From Xanthobacteraceae bacterium (GTDB lineage Bacteria; Pseudomonadota; Alphaproteobacteria; Rhizobiales; Xanthobacteraceae): a DNA stretch of 64,000 nt. Below, in pieces: positions 10,730 through 22,086 of the stretch. The stretch is from positions 1,023-65,022 of the forward strand of contig JBAUCK010000290.1 in NCBI GenBank assembly GCA_049677525.1, given 5' to 3'. A model generated the notes under the pieces. That model searched no databases and was not told the origin of the DNA. It saw only the letters and a list, made by a program, of their open reading frames with translations. Made by a program: the position numbers and the translations under genes. The stretch's first letter is position 1. The number at the start of each line of letters is the position of its first letter.

Positions 10730-12040
10730 ATGGCGTCCACCGCGCTCGCTGCGATTCTCGCCCGCCGCAACGTCCATTACGGCTGGGTCGTCGTTGCCGT
10801 CACCTTTTTGACGCTCCTCGTCACCGCCGCCGCGATGGGGACGCCCGGCGTGCTGATCGTGCCGCTCGAGCAGGAATTCGGCTGGAGCGATGCACAGATT
10901 TCTTCGGCGCTGGCGCTGCGCATCATGCTGTTCGGCTTGTTTGGCCCATTCGCCGCCGCTTTCATGAATCGTTACGGCGTGCGCCGCGTCATCATGGTGG
11001 CCATGGTGCTGATCGCCGGCGGGCTCCTGTCGTCGCTCGCGATGACGCAGGTGTGGCAGCTCATCTTGCTGTGGGGCATCGTTGTCGGCGTCGGTACCGG
11101 CCTTACCGCGATGGTGCTTGCGGCGACGATCGCCACGCGCTGGTTCAATCACCGCCGCGGTCTAGTCATGGGCATGCTGGCGGCGAGTAACGCCACCGGA
11201 CAATTGGTGTTCCTGCCGCTGATCGCGCACCTCACGACAGGCTACGGGTGGCGCATGGCGCTGATTTTTGTCGCCTGCATGCTGGGCGTGGTCGCATTCT
11301 TCGCGGCGCTCTTCATGCGCGACCGGCCGAGCGATCTGAATTTGCCGATCTATGGCGAGAGCAAGATCACGCCGCCGCCGGCGCAAGGTGTCGGGCTTGT
11401 GTCTTTGCTGATGTCGCCGATCAACGTTCTCAAAGACGCCGTGCGGGTGCCGATCTTCTGGGTGCTGTTCGCAACCTTCTTCGTTTGCGGCTGCAGCACC
11501 AACGGCCTGATCCAGACCCATTTCGTCACGCTGTGCCACGATTACGGCCTGCCGGCCGTTACCGCGGCGAGCGTGCTGGCGATGATGGGCATTTTCGATT
11601 TCTTCGGCACGATCGGCTCGGGCTGGCTGTCCGACCGCTTCGACAATCGCTGGCTGCTGTCCTGGTATTACGGCCTGCGCGGCTTGTCGTTGCTCTATCT
11701 GCCGTTCACCAACTTCTCGTTCTATGGCCTATCGCTGTTCGCGGTGTTCTATGGGCTCGACTGGATCGCGACAGTGCCGCCGACGGTCAAGCTCACCGCC
11801 GACCGCTTCGGCCCGGAACGCGCCGGCATGGTGTTTGGTTGGGTCTTCGCCGGCCATCAGATCGGCGCCGCCAGTGCTGCGTTCGGCGCCGGCCTGATTC
11901 GCACCGAATACTCGACCTACCTGCCGGCGTTCTTCATTGCCGGCGCGCTGTGCATCATCGCAGCCGCGCTGGTGCTCATGGTGCGGAAATCGTCGCGCAC
12001 CGGCGTTGGCGCCGCGGCGCCTGCTCCGGCGCGGGCATAG
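10730..12040 (+). CDS. MFS transporter
   Basis: 436 aa with about 12 hydrophobic segments. It is divergent from the TetR regulator. Confidence 0.85.
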   Translation: MASTALAAILARRNVHYGWVVVAVTFLTLLVTAAAMGTPGVLIVPLEQEFGWSDAQISSALALRIMLFGLFGPFAAAFMNRYGVRRVIMVAMVLIAGGLLSSLAMTQVWQLILLWGIVVGVGTGLTAMVLAATIATRWFNHRRGLVMGMLAASNATGQLVFLPLIAHLTTGYGWRMALIFVACMLGVVAFFAALFMRDRPSDLNLPIYGESKITPPPAQGVGLVSLLMSPINVLKDAVRVPIFWVLFATFFVCGCSTNGLIQTHFVTLCHDYGLPAVTAASVLAMMGIFDFFGTIGSGWLSDRFDNRWLLSWYYGLRGLSLLYLPFTNFSFYGLSLFAVFYGLDWIATVPPTVKLTADRFGPERAGMVFGWVFAGHQIGAASAAFGAGLIRTEYSTYLPAFFIAGALCIIAAALVLMVRKSSRTGVGAAAPAPARA

Positions 12041-12088
12041 AGCAGGATCCCGAAAAGGGGAAACCGGTTTTCGGAAAAGATCATGCTC
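12040..12088. repeat. palindromic intergenic repeat, copy 2
   Basis: GAGCAGGATCCCGAAAAGGGGAAACCGGTTTTCGGAAAAGATCATGCTC. It lies between the convergent MFS and gshB stops. Confidence 0.85.
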
Positions 12089-12103
12089 AAATGTTAAAAA
12101 TAT

Positions 12104-13045
12104 TCAGCGGCGCTTTTCTGCGATCTTGTCCCAGATCAGCGCCGCAATGTCTGCGCCGCCGAGATTTTTCACGGCGCGGATGCCGGTCGGCGAGGTGACA
12201 TTGATCTCGGTGAGATAGCCGCCGATCACGTCGATACCGACAAAGAGAAGCCCGCGCTCGCCCAAAGCCGGGCCGAGCCGGGCGCAGATTTCGCGCTCCC
12301 GGTCGGTCAGATCGGTGGCCTTCGCCGTGCCGCCGCGCACCATATTGGAGCGCAGATCGTCCGGCGCCGGCACGCGATTGATGGCGCCGGCAAATTCGCC
12401 GTCGACCAGAATGATGCGCTTGTCGCCGTCCTTCACCGCCGGCAGGAATTTCTGAATCACCCACGGCTCGCGGAACGTCGCCGAGAACATGTCGTAGAGC
12501 GAACCGAAATTGAGGTCCTCGCGCGACAGCAGAAACACCGCTTCGCCGCCTTTGCCGTAGAGCGGCTTCATGACGATGTCGCCGTGCTCGGCGCGGAACG
12601 CCTTGATGGCGTCGAGGTCGCGCGTGACCAGAGTAGGCGGCATCAGATCGGGAAATTCGGTGACGAAAACCTTCTCCGGCGCGTTGCGCACGTGCGCCGG
12701 ATCGTTGACCACCAAGGTCTTCGGATGCACGCGCTCGAGCATATGCGTGGACGTGATGTAAGCGAGATCGAACGGCGGATCCTGTCGCAATAAGATCACG
12801 TCGAATGACGAAAGCGCCACCTGGCGCGCTTCGCCGAGCGTGAAATGGTCACCGGCGACGTCGTGCACGACCACCGGGCGGATGCTCGCCGACACGTTGC
12901 CGTCGCGCAACGAGAGTTTGTCGGGTGTGTAATAGGACAGCTGATAGGAGCGCGCTTGCGCTTCCAAGAGTAAAGCGAATGTCGAATCGCCGCGGATATT
13001 GATGCGGTCGATCGGGTCCATTTGGACGGCGACATTTAGGGCCAT
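12104..13045 (-). CDS. gshB: glutathione synthetase
   Basis: 313 aa. [32 protein letters not shown]...[13 protein letters not shown]...[19 protein letters not shown] (ATP-grasp). Confidence 0.93.
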   Translation of the reverse strand: MALNVAVQMDPIDRINIRGDSTFALLLEAQARSYQLSYYTPDKLSLRDGNVSASIRPVVVHDVAGDHFTLGEARQVALSSFDVILLRQDPPFDLAYITSTHMLERVHPKTLVVNDPAHVRNAPEKVFVTEFPDLMPPTLVTRDLDAIKAFRAEHGDIVMKPLYGKGGEAVFLLSREDLNFGSLYDMFSATFREPWVIQKFLPAVKDGDKRIILVDGEFAGAINRVPAPDDLRSNMVRGGTAKATDLTDREREICARLGPALGERGLLFVGIDVIGGYLTEINVTSPTGIRAVKNLGGADIAALIWDKIAEKRR

Positions 13046-13133
13046 GTTGGGGTCGGGTCCGGCGGGGTGAGAGGGTCTCTACGTGATTTTGGCGCGGTCC
13101 GCCATGGTGGCAGCAATGGCGGCAACAAGGGGG

Positions 13134-13568
13134 CTAGTTCGCGTCAAAAGCATTTGGGATGTGGTAGGGGATTTTGCCAGACATCACCACGACCACATCA
13201 AAACGGATATCGCCCTTGCCATCGTTTGGATGGTGCGCCAGCCAAAGCTCGGCGGCATTTACGATGCGTTGCCTGCTGCGCTCGGTCACCGCTTCGACGG
13301 CCTCTTCGAGCGTGGCGCGGGCCTTCACCTCGACGAACACCAGCGTATGGCGGCGGCGGGCGATGATGTCGATCTCGCCGAACGGCGTTTTCGAGCGTCG
13401 GGCCAGAATGCGATAGGCTTTGGCGATCAGAAACATCGCGGCGCGGCTTTCCGCGGATAATCCGAGCTTAAAGGCCGCTACACGCTCGGGACGCGGCGCA
13501 GCCTTGGTCGGGTCGGCCTTTGGCGACCTCGCTCCGGGTGGCCTCAGCGGTTCAGCGCGGCGCGTCAT
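13134..13568 (-). CDS. yraN: YraN family protein (UPF0102, endonuclease-like)
   Basis: 144 aa. AESRAAMFLIAKAYRILARRSKTPFGEIDIIARRRHTLVFVEVKAR. Confidence 0.85.
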   Translation of the reverse strand: MTRRAEPLRPPGARSPKADPTKAAPRPERVAAFKLGLSAESRAAMFLIAKAYRILARRSKTPFGEIDIIARRRHTLVFVEVKARATLEEAVEAVTERSRQRIVNAAELWLAHHPNDGKGDIRFDVVVVMSGKIPYHIPNAFDAN

Positions 13569-14542
13569 TGTTTGTTTCCGTCCTCGCCGTCGGCTTTGGC
13601 CAGTGCTAGCGCTCGCTGATAGACCTCGCGTCGCGGCAGGCCGGTGGCATCGGCGACTTCACCGACTGCATCTTTGACCGACACACGCGCCAGCGCCTGG
13701 CGCAGCAGATCATCGGTTTCCTCAGAACTCATCGGTGCCGCCTCCGGCGGTGGCGCGATGACCAGAACGATCTCGCCGCGCGGCTCTTGATCCGCGCAAG
13801 CCTGCGCGAGCAGGTTTAGACTGCCGCGCGAGACCTCCTCATAAAGCTTGGTCAGTTCGCGGCACAAAGCGGCTTGCCGGTTCCCGCCGAGCCCATTTGC
13901 GAGGTCGGCCAGCGCTGCGGCCGCGCGCGGCCCGGTCTCGAACAGAACGAGCGTCGCCGGGATGCGGCTCAATTCGGCAATACGGGCGCGACGCGCGCTC
14001 TCCTTCGGCGGCAAAAATCCAGCGAACAAGAACTGGCCGGTCGGCAGTCCGGCAAGCGTCAAAGCCGCAAGCAGCGACGACGCGCCGGGCAGTGTTGTTA
14101 CCGCCAATCCTGCGTCCTGAACCGCGCGAACGAGCTTGAAACCCGGATCGGAAACGAGCGGCGTTCCGGCGTCGGACACCAGCGCCACGGCCGCACCTTC
14201 GGCGATCCGCTGCAGCAACAGCGGCCTTGCCTGCGCCGCATTGTGCTCGTGATAGGGCGTAAGGGGCGTTGCAATCGCGTAGCGTTCAAGGAGCTTCCGG
14301 GTGACGCGGGTGTCTTCGCAGGCGATCAGATCGGCGCTGGCCAGCGTCTCCAGCGCGCGCAACGTGATATCGCCGAGATTGCCGATGGGGGTCGCAACGA
14401 TATGCAGACCGGCTTTAAGTTTCGCCCCTTCGATCCGCCGGTCGGCGAGGCTATAATGCCGCGCTGCGCCGGCCGCGGGGGAAGGATCTCGGTGCGGCTT
14501 GCTCATCGCCGTCAATCTAGCTTTGCCACGGCGCGGCGTCAT
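13565..14542 (-). CDS. rsmI: 16S rRNA (cytidine1402-2'-O)-methyltransferase
   Basis: 325 aa. LHIVATPIGNLGDITLRALETLASADLIACEDTRVTRKLL. Confidence 0.92.
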   Translation of the reverse strand: MTPRRGKARLTAMSKPHRDPSPAAGAARHYSLADRRIEGAKLKAGLHIVATPIGNLGDITLRALETLASADLIACEDTRVTRKLLERYAIATPLTPYHEHNAAQARPLLLQRIAEGAAVALVSDAGTPLVSDPGFKLVRAVQDAGLAVTTLPGASSLLAALTLAGLPTGQFLFAGFLPPKESARRARIAELSRIPATLVLFETGPRAAAALADLANGLGGNRQAALCRELTKLYEEVSRGSLNLLAQACADQEPRGEIVLVIAPPPEAAPMSSEETDDLLRQALARVSVKDAVGEVADATGLPRREVYQRALALAKADGEDGNKQ

Positions 14543-14653
14543 GGCTGCGGCAAATGATTACGGCAAGTGACAGCGACAGGTGATCGCGATAAATGCCCAC
14601 TTGGCAGCCCGGATTCCTTAATTCTTGCCTTTGGTTAACCAATCGCCGCCAAT

Positions 14654-15952
14654 ATGTCAGATTGGCGATGCCCTATGTGCCCGGCGCCGGTGCCTCAATT
14701 TTCGCGCCGTGAGGAGAACCGCTTGTCGTCGCAGTCGAAGCTAGAGCCGTCGGCGATCACGCCTGTGATTTTGCCGACCCGGCGCCGCTCGATTGCGGGG
14801 CTGTTAGCGACGGCCGGCCTGTCCGCGGCCGGTTGTACCCAGAATTCACAATACCTGTCGCCGACGACGGCGCCCGAGAGCCCGGAGGCCCCGCAAGGTG
14901 CGACCATCGGCAGCGGGCAAGTCAAAGCCGGGCTCATTCTGCCGCTATCCGCGCCCGGCAATGCCGGCGTCGCCGGCCAGGCGATGCGTAATGCCGCGGA
15001 AATGGCGATTGCCGAGTTCACTGCGCCCAATATCCAGCTCTTGGTTAAAGATGACGCCGGCACCGCCGAGGCGGCCCGGATCGGGGCGCAGCAATCGCTC
15101 GACCAGGGCGCCGAGATCATTTTGGGGCCGCTGTTCGCCCAGTCGGTCACCTATGTCGGCCAGGTGGCGCGGGCCCGCAACATTCCGGTCATCGCCTTTT
15201 CCACCGACACCAATGTCGCCGCGAGCGGCGTCTATCTCCTGAGTTTCCTCCCCGAGTCGGACGTCGATCGGATCGTGCAATATTCGGTCTCGACCGGAAA
15301 GCACTCGTTCGCGGCGCTCATTCCCGACAATCCCTACGGCACGGTGGTCGAAGCCGCCTTCAGGCAGGTGGTGGCGCGGCGGAACGGCCAGGTCGTTGGG
15401 CTTGAGCGTTATCCGCATGATCAGGCCGGCATGGCCGGCCCCGTCGGCAACATCGCTCAGGCGTCGGCCCGCGCCGATGCTCTGTTTATCCCTGACGGCG
15501 GCGACGCCGTGCCGGGTGTTGTCGCCGCGCTTACCGCCCGGGGGGTCAATACCAAAAGGCTGCAGCTACTCGGCACCGGGCTTTGGGACGATCCGCGCAT
15601 CTATGCGACGCCGGCGCTCGACGGCGGCTGGTTCGCCGCGCCGGACGGCGTCGGCTATCGGAATTTCAGCCAGCGCTATCGCGCGCGCTATAAGCAAGAC
15701 CCCGTCAGAACTGCTACGCTAGCTTATGATGCGGTGGCGCTGATAGCGGCTTTGGTCAAAACCCAGGGCTCCGCGCGATTTTCCCAGGAGACTTTGACTA
15801 ATCCATCGGGGTTTTCCGGGATCGACGGTCTTTTCCGTTTTCGGTCGGACGGTACCAATGACCGGGGGCTTGCCGTGCTCCGCGTTACATCGGGCGGGCC
15901 GCAGGTCATTTCGCCCGCGCCTAAGAGTTTCGGCGTGTCGCCTGCGGGTTAG
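14654..15952 (+). CDS. penicillin-binding protein activator LpoA-like lipoprotein (type I periplasmic-binding fold)
   Basis: 432 aa with a lipobox LSAAGC. Its position divergent from rsmI-yraN matches the E. coli rsmI/lpoA-yraN arrangement. The start codon is uncertain. Confidence 0.7.
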   Translation: MSDWRCPMCPAPVPQFSRREENRLSSQSKLEPSAITPVILPTRRRSIAGLLATAGLSAAGCTQNSQYLSPTTAPESPEAPQGATIGSGQVKAGLILPLSAPGNAGVAGQAMRNAAEMAIAEFTAPNIQLLVKDDAGTAEAARIGAQQSLDQGAEIILGPLFAQSVTYVGQVARARNIPVIAFSTDTNVAASGVYLLSFLPESDVDRIVQYSVSTGKHSFAALIPDNPYGTVVEAAFRQVVARRNGQVVGLERYPHDQAGMAGPVGNIAQASARADALFIPDGGDAVPGVVAALTARGVNTKRLQLLGTGLWDDPRIYATPALDGGWFAAPDGVGYRNFSQRYRARYKQDPVRTATLAYDAVALIAALVKTQGSARFSQETLTNPSGFSGIDGLFRFRSDGTNDRGLAVLRVTSGGPQVISPAPKSFGVSPAG

Positions 15953-16077
15953 CTCCTTGGCGAGTGGCCTGAAGCCCGCAGACAGAAAAGCGCCGATTTA
16001 AGGCGATTGACCTTCCGCAAAACCTCTCACATCCGCCGCCATGATAATAAGCTAGCTTATAAATAATACAGTGCTTA

Positions 16078-17253
16078 TCAGGACGCGAGATCGGCTACGA
16101 CGGCATCCAGCACCGGAAAGCCAGGCAGCGTCACCCGCAGACAGCCGTCGGCCGTGGTTTCGACCAAGCCATGCTCAAGCAACGTCGCGACGCGCGCCGG
16201 ATCGAGCTTGCGGCCGGAAATGGCCTCGTAACGTGCGACATCGATGCCCTCGGCGAGCCGAAGTCCCATCAGCAAGAATTCGTCGGAGCGCTCCTCGCGC
16301 GTCAGCACTTCGTCGGTAATCACGCCATGGCCTTGCGATTCCACCAGACTGAGCCAAGTCTCCGGGCGCTTTTCCGTTGCGGTGGCGTGCCGCTCGCCGT
16401 CAATATCGAGCCGCCCGTGAGCGCCGGGGCCGATGCCGGCATATTCGCGGGATCGCCAATAGACGAGATTGTGCCGGCACTCGCCGCCAAGCCGGGCGTG
16501 GTTGGAGATTTCGTAAGCCGGCAGACCCTGGGCGGCGCAGATCTCCTGGGTCTTGTCGTAAAGCGCGCGCGCGGTGTCTTCGTCAGGGAGACGCAATTTG
16601 CCCGCTTCATGCAGCGTCGCAAACGGTGTCTCCGGCTCAATGGTCAATTGGTAAAGCGAAATGTGCTCGCCGGCTTCGGCCAGCGCGGTCTTGAGTTCGG
16701 CCGCCCATTCCTTGGGCTGCTGCCCCGGTCGCGCATAGATCAGGTCGAACGAATAGCGGCCAAACACTTGGCGAGCGACATCGACTGCCTCAAGTGCTTC
16801 GCGCGCGGTGTGCAGCCGGCCGAGTTCGGCCAGCACACGATCGTCGAGCGCCTGCACGCCGAGCGACACGCGATTGACGCCGGCGGCGCGATAGCCGCGA
16901 AAGCGCTCCGCCTCGACGCTCGTCGGGTTGGCCTCCACGGTGATCTCGGCGTCGGGGGCGACGCGCCATTGCCGCGCGATGGAATTGAGCACGCCGGCAA
17001 TGGTCGAAGGCTGCATCAAGGACGGCGTGCCGCCGCCGAAAAAGATCGACGAGACGGTGCGGCCGCGCACGCGTTCGGCGGTCTTTCCAATCTCGGTGTG
17101 AAAGGCGCGCAGAAAACGCTGCTCATCAATAGCGGCGTGGCGGACATGGCTGTTGAAGTCGCAATAAGGACATTTCGACAGGCAGAACGGCCAGTGCACA
17201 TAAACGCCAAACGCCTGTTCGCTGTTCGGATCGTTGTTCAAGACATCATTCAA
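16078..17253 (-). CDS. hemW: radical SAM family heme chaperone HemW
   Basis: 391 aa. [19 protein letters not shown] (CxxxCxxC) with a HemN-like C-terminus. Confidence 0.9.
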   Translation of the reverse strand: MNDVLNNDPNSEQAFGVYVHWPFCLSKCPYCDFNSHVRHAAIDEQRFLRAFHTEIGKTAERVRGRTVSSIFFGGGTPSLMQPSTIAGVLNSIARQWRVAPDAEITVEANPTSVEAERFRGYRAAGVNRVSLGVQALDDRVLAELGRLHTAREALEAVDVARQVFGRYSFDLIYARPGQQPKEWAAELKTALAEAGEHISLYQLTIEPETPFATLHEAGKLRLPDEDTARALYDKTQEICAAQGLPAYEISNHARLGGECRHNLVYWRSREYAGIGPGAHGRLDIDGERHATATEKRPETWLSLVESQGHGVITDEVLTREERSDEFLLMGLRLAEGIDVARYEAISGRKLDPARVATLLEHGLVETTADGCLRVTLPGFPVLDAVVADLAS

Positions 17254-17895
17254 GACATGCCTCCGCGAGTTTTAGGAAGGCGCGGGCGCGATGCGATAGA
17301 CCCTTACCGCGCGGCGGCAGTCCGTGTTTCTCGTCGCTCGGCATTTCGCCGAAGGTCCGCGCATGATCGTCAGGTTGGCCATCGGGCAAAAACATCGGGT
17401 CATAACCGAAGCCTTGTTTGCCGCGCGGCGGCCAGATCAGAACGCCGTCGACCCGCGCCTCGAATTCTTCCAGATGTCCGTCCGGCCAGGCGACGCACAG
17501 AGCCGAGACGAAATGGGCGCGCCGTTGGCTCGCTGCGGTGGCGCCGCGCTCGTTGAGCTTCTGTTCGATCGTGGCCATGGCGGCGGCAAAGTCCTTATTG
17601 GGGCCGGCCCAGCGTGCCGAATAGATCCCGGGCTCGCCATCAAGTGCGTCGACAACGATGCCGGAATCGTCGGCAAAAGCCGGCAATTTTACCACGTTCG
17701 CCGCGGCTTGCGCTTTGATGCGCGCGTTGTCGCCAAACGTCATTCCAGTTTCGTCGGGCTCGCTGAGCCCCAACTCAGCCGCCGATATGGCATCGATGCC
17801 GTAGGGCGCCAGCAGTTCACGCATTTCGGCGAGCTTTCCCGAATTGTGCGTCGCGATCACCAACCGGCCCGCGATACGGCGATGTTTTTCTCCGC

Positions 17896-17899
<4 letters not shown>
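17246..17899 (-). CDS. rdgB: non-canonical purine NTP pyrophosphatase (RdgB/HAM1)
   Basis: 217 aa. [18 protein letters not shown]...FGYDPMF...SHRARAF. Confidence 0.9.
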
Positions 17900-18609
<710 letters not shown>

Positions 18610-18628
18610 GCAGGTCTCCCGGGTCAGA

Positions 18629-18678
18629 GAGCATGATCCCGGAAAAGTGGAATCCGGTTTTCCGGAAGGATCATGCTC
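18629..18678. repeat. palindromic intergenic repeat, copy 3
   Basis: GAGCATGATCCCGGAAAAGTGGAATCCGGTTTTCCGGAAGGATCATGCTC. It lies between the divergent rph and PrpD-family genes. Confidence 0.85.
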
Positions 18679-18836
18679 CACTAAGATCGTGGCGAAGCGT
18701 CTTTTACGTGTTCCGCCATCACAAGCGCAATGGCGGGGCCGAATACAGCCTCCCGGACCTGCCGCCGCATGACGATTGCCTTGAGTTGCGCGGAGCCGCT
18801 ACCCTCCCGGCCGTCCGGCATGCAGGGGAGGTCGCA

Positions 18837-20246
18837 ATGCAAGAAAGAACACAAGAAACAACGAAGCAGGCGGAAATCACACAAATACTTGCAAAATTCG
18901 CCGCAACGCTGACCTATGACGATCTGCCGCCGCGGGTCCGCGAGCATTGCAAAAACCTCCTGCTCGACGCGCTCGCCTGCGCCGTCGCCGGCAATCGGGG
19001 CGAGGAAACCGGTCAGGTCGCGGCCTTTGCCACTGCGCTGGCGCAAGGCCGCGAATCGAGCGTGATCGGTGGCGGGCATTTGTCGCTGGCCGGCGCGACG
19101 CTGCTCAACGCCTATCTCGTCACCGCGACCACGATGTGCGACGTGCACCGCGCGACCATGACCCACATCACGCCGGAGATCGTGCCGCCCGCGCTGATGA
19201 TCGCGGAACGCGACGGCCTATCCGGTCGCGATCTGATGGTCGCCATCGCCGCCGGTTCGGAAGTGACAACGCGGATCGGCATCGGGCTTGATTATCCGGT
19301 GTTCCGCGCCCGTGGCTGGCATGGGCCGGGCATTATCGGCCCGTTCGGCGCGGCAGCCGCCATCGGTTCGCTCTTACGCTTCGACCCGGACACCATGGCG
19401 CGCGCCTTCGGTCTCGCCGGCAGTCAGGCTGCAGGCACTTACGCCGCCTGGGGCACGCCGACGGTGAAGTTCCATCAATGCCGCGGTGCGCTGTCGGGCC
19501 TGATGGCGGCGCTGTTGGCGCAGCAGAATTTTGTTGCGACGCGCGAATTCCTCACCGCCAAGGACGGCGGGCTTTACCACGCCTATGTCAATGGCGGCCT
19601 GCCGGATGTGGTCACTGCCGACCTCGGCAAGCGCTTCGAGCTTGAACAGATTGCGCTGCGGCTCTGGCCGTCGGCGACGGTCATTCAGGGGTTAGCCACC
19701 GCCATTTTCAAACTCATCGAGAAGCATAAGATTGATGCCGCGCGTGTGCACCAGGTCCGCATCGCGGTGAGCCAGACGGCCTTCGATTTGCACGGCGGCT
19801 TCAGCACCTATAAGCAGAAGTTCGAGGCGCTGTTGTCGGCGCATTACACCGCCGCCATCATCCTGCACGACCACGCGCTGACCTTGGCGCAGTTCGAGCC
19901 CAATCGGTACGACGATCCGAAGCTCCGCACCTTCGCCGCGCAGAAGATCGAGGTCTATGCCGATCCGGCGATCAAGGGCTCGGGCGCTAAGGTCGATATC
20001 GCGATGGACGGCGGCACGATGCTGTCGGCAAGTTGTGAATATCCGCTCGGCTCTTTTGAAAATCCGCTATCGCGGGTGCAGATCGAGCAGAAATTCCGTA
20101 CCTATGCCGGGGGCGTTATCTCCGATGCCGATGCTGCGGCGGTTGTGAACGCGGTCGACCGGCTTGAGGATTTCGGTTCGATAAGCAAACTCATGGAGTT
20201 GCTGCGTAACGACGCCGCTCCCCGTGCGATGGCGGCGGCGGAGTGA
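18837..20246 (+). CDS. MmgE/PrpD family protein
   Basis: MQERTQETTKQAEITQILAKFAATLTYDDLPPRVREHCKNLLLDALACAVAG. A GGGGAGG Shine-Dalgarno sequence precedes the ATG at 18837. No prpBC genes are adjacent. Confidence 0.85.
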   Translation: MQERTQETTKQAEITQILAKFAATLTYDDLPPRVREHCKNLLLDALACAVAGNRGEETGQVAAFATALAQGRESSVIGGGHLSLAGATLLNAYLVTATTMCDVHRATMTHITPEIVPPALMIAERDGLSGRDLMVAIAAGSEVTTRIGIGLDYPVFRARGWHGPGIIGPFGAAAAIGSLLRFDPDTMARAFGLAGSQAAGTYAAWGTPTVKFHQCRGALSGLMAALLAQQNFVATREFLTAKDGGLYHAYVNGGLPDVVTADLGKRFELEQIALRLWPSATVIQGLATAIFKLIEKHKIDAARVHQVRIAVSQTAFDLHGGFSTYKQKFEALLSAHYTAAIILHDHALTLAQFEPNRYDDPKLRTFAAQKIEVYADPAIKGSGAKVDIAMDGGTMLSASCEYPLGSFENPLSRVQIEQKFRTYAGGVISDADAAAVVNAVDRLEDFGSISKLMELLRNDAAPRAMAAAE

Positions 20247-20277
20247 TAGGCTCGCGCGGTAACGGGGGTTTTCGCAC

Positions 20278-21363
20278 TTGGCAAGTCACGACTTTCCCCT
20301 CAGCGTCAACCAGCAGGGCTTGGCCCAGCTCAACGAGCGTTCGCGCGAGATTTTTCGCCTGATCGTCGAGAGCTATCTCGCTACCGGCGAACCGGTCGGT
20401 TCGCGCAACCTGTCGCGCATCCTGCCGATGACTTTGTCGCCCGCTTCGGTGCGCAATGTCATGTCCGATCTCGAACAGCTCGGGCTGGTCTATGCGCCGC
20501 ACACGTCGGCCGGGCGACTGCCGACCGAAATGGGGCTGCGCTTCTTCGTCGATGCGCTGATGCAGATCGGCGATCTCTCCGAACGCGACCGCAAGGCGAT
20601 CGAAGCGCAGGTGGCGGCGTCCGGACAATCGAAATCGGTCGAGGGGGTTCTGACTGAAGCCTCGGGCCTGCTCTCGGGCTTGAGCCGCGCCGCCGGCGTG
20701 GTGCTGACGGCAAAAGCGAACCCCCGCCTCAAGCACGTTGAGTTCGTCCGGCTCGAGCCGGAACGGGCGCTGGTCATCCTCGTCGGCGAGGATGGTCAGG
20801 TCGAAAACCGCGTTCTCAATGTTGCCGTCGGCTTGCCGACCTCGGCGCTGATAGAAGCTTCAAATTTTCTCAATGCCCGAATCCGCGGCCACACCCTCGA
20901 TGAGGTCAAGGTCGAGATCGAACGCACCATGCGAGAGAGCAGGGCGGAACTCGATCAGCTCACCCAGAGGATCGTCGCCGACGGCTTGGCAAGCTGGTCG
21001 GGCGGCGAGAGCGATGAGCGCAAGCTGATCGTGCGCGGCCAAGCGCACCTCCTCGACGATCTCAAGGCGATCGCCGATCTTGAGCGGGTCAGGCTGCTAT
21101 TCGACGATCTGGAAACCCGGCGCGAGGTGATCGATCTTCTGGGCCGCGCCGAACAGGCCGAAGGCGTCCGCGTCTTTATCGGCTCGGAGAACAAGCTATT
21201 CTCGCTGTCGGGTTCTTCGACCATTGTCGCGCCCTATCACGACGCCTCCGGCCATATCGTCGGCGTGCTTGGCGTCATCGGGCCGACGCGGCTGAATTAC
21301 GCCCGGATCGTGCCGATGGTGGACTACACGGCCAAGATCGTCAGTAAGCTGCTTGGTGGCTGA
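20278..21363 (+). CDS. hrcA: heat-inducible transcriptional repressor HrcA
   Basis: 361 aa with a TTG start. [30 protein letters not shown]. Confidence 0.92.
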   Translation: MASHDFPLSVNQQGLAQLNERSREIFRLIVESYLATGEPVGSRNLSRILPMTLSPASVRNVMSDLEQLGLVYAPHTSAGRLPTEMGLRFFVDALMQIGDLSERDRKAIEAQVAASGQSKSVEGVLTEASGLLSGLSRAAGVVLTAKANPRLKHVEFVRLEPERALVILVGEDGQVENRVLNVAVGLPTSALIEASNFLNARIRGHTLDEVKVEIERTMRESRAELDQLTQRIVADGLASWSGGESDERKLIVRGQAHLLDDLKAIADLERVRLLFDDLETRREVIDLLGRAEQAEGVRVFIGSENKLFSLSGSSTIVAPYHDASGHIVGVLGVIGPTRLNYARIVPMVDYTAKIVSKLLGG

Positions 21364-21423
21364 TTGGCGGCTGAGTTTTGGCCTGAAAAATCGTAAGCGC
21401 GCTCATCTTGTTCAGACGCGGCG

Positions 21424-21452
21424 CTTGATTTTTACCCGTTAAGCCCTGATAT
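21424..21452 (+). promoter_or_regulatory. candidate RpoH (sigma-32)-type promoter upstream of grpE
   Basis: CTTG (21424-21427), an 18-nt spacer, then CTGATAT (21446-21452). This compares with the alphaproteobacterial consensus CTTG-N17-18-CYTATNT and has one mismatch. It lies 38 nt upstream of the grpE ATG. Confidence 0.35.
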
Positions 21453-21489
21453 GCGGGTCATAACCGCTTAAAGACGATGGGATCGAGAC

Positions 21490-22074
21490 ATGACGGACCA
21501 GACCGCTCGCGCCGAGGACGAAGCGGCTGCGCCATCTCAGGCCGCGGCGCCCACGCCGTCGACGGCGCTTGAGCGCGAGCATGCGGACATGAAGGATCGC
21601 CTTCTGCGCACACTCGCCGAGATGGAAAATCTGCGCAAGCGCACCGACCGCGAAGTCGCGGAGTCACGGCTCTATGGCGTCACGTCTTTCGCGCGCGACG
21701 TGCTCGGCGTTGCCGACAATATGCGGCGCGCGCTCGATGCGGTGCCCGCGGAATTGCGGGCGAGCGCCGAAGCCGGCGTTAAAGCGCTGATCGAGGGCGT
21801 CGATCTCACCGAACGCGAATTGTTGAAGGCCCTGGAGAAGAACGGCATCCACCAGTTCTCGCCGCAGGGCGAGAAATTCGATCCGAACCTGCACCAGGCG
21901 ATGTTCGAAGTGCCCGATCCGACAGTGCCGGCAGGCAGCGTCGTGCAGGTGGTGCAGCCGGGCTACATGATCGGCGAACGTATCCTGCGACCGGCGCTGG
22001 TCGGCGTGTCGAAGGGCGGCCCGAAAACGGCGCCGGCTTCAAACAACGACAACGCCAGAGCCACCGGCAACTGA
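21490..22074 (+). CDS. grpE: nucleotide exchange factor GrpE
   Basis: 194 aa. [18 protein letters not shown]...[10 protein letters not shown]...[14 protein letters not shown]. Confidence 0.93.
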   Translation: MTDQTARAEDEAAAPSQAAAPTPSTALEREHADMKDRLLRTLAEMENLRKRTDREVAESRLYGVTSFARDVLGVADNMRRALDAVPAELRASAEAGVKALIEGVDLTERELLKALEKNGIHQFSPQGEKFDPNLHQAMFEVPDPTVPAGSVVQVVQPGYMIGERILRPALVGVSKGGPKTAPASNNDNARATGN

Positions 22075-22086
22075 TAACTGCCGAAA

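Noticed and set aside
16171-17556. A 461-aa ORF on the plus strand
   Set aside because: It lies entirely antisense to hemW and rdgB, has an Arg/Ala/Gly-rich composition, and contains no recognisable domain. This is the typical shadow ORF of GC-rich DNA.
20247-21489. A CIRCE operator near hrcA/grpE
   Set aside because: No TTAGCACTC-N9-GAGTGCTAA-like inverted repeat was found in the upstream regions.
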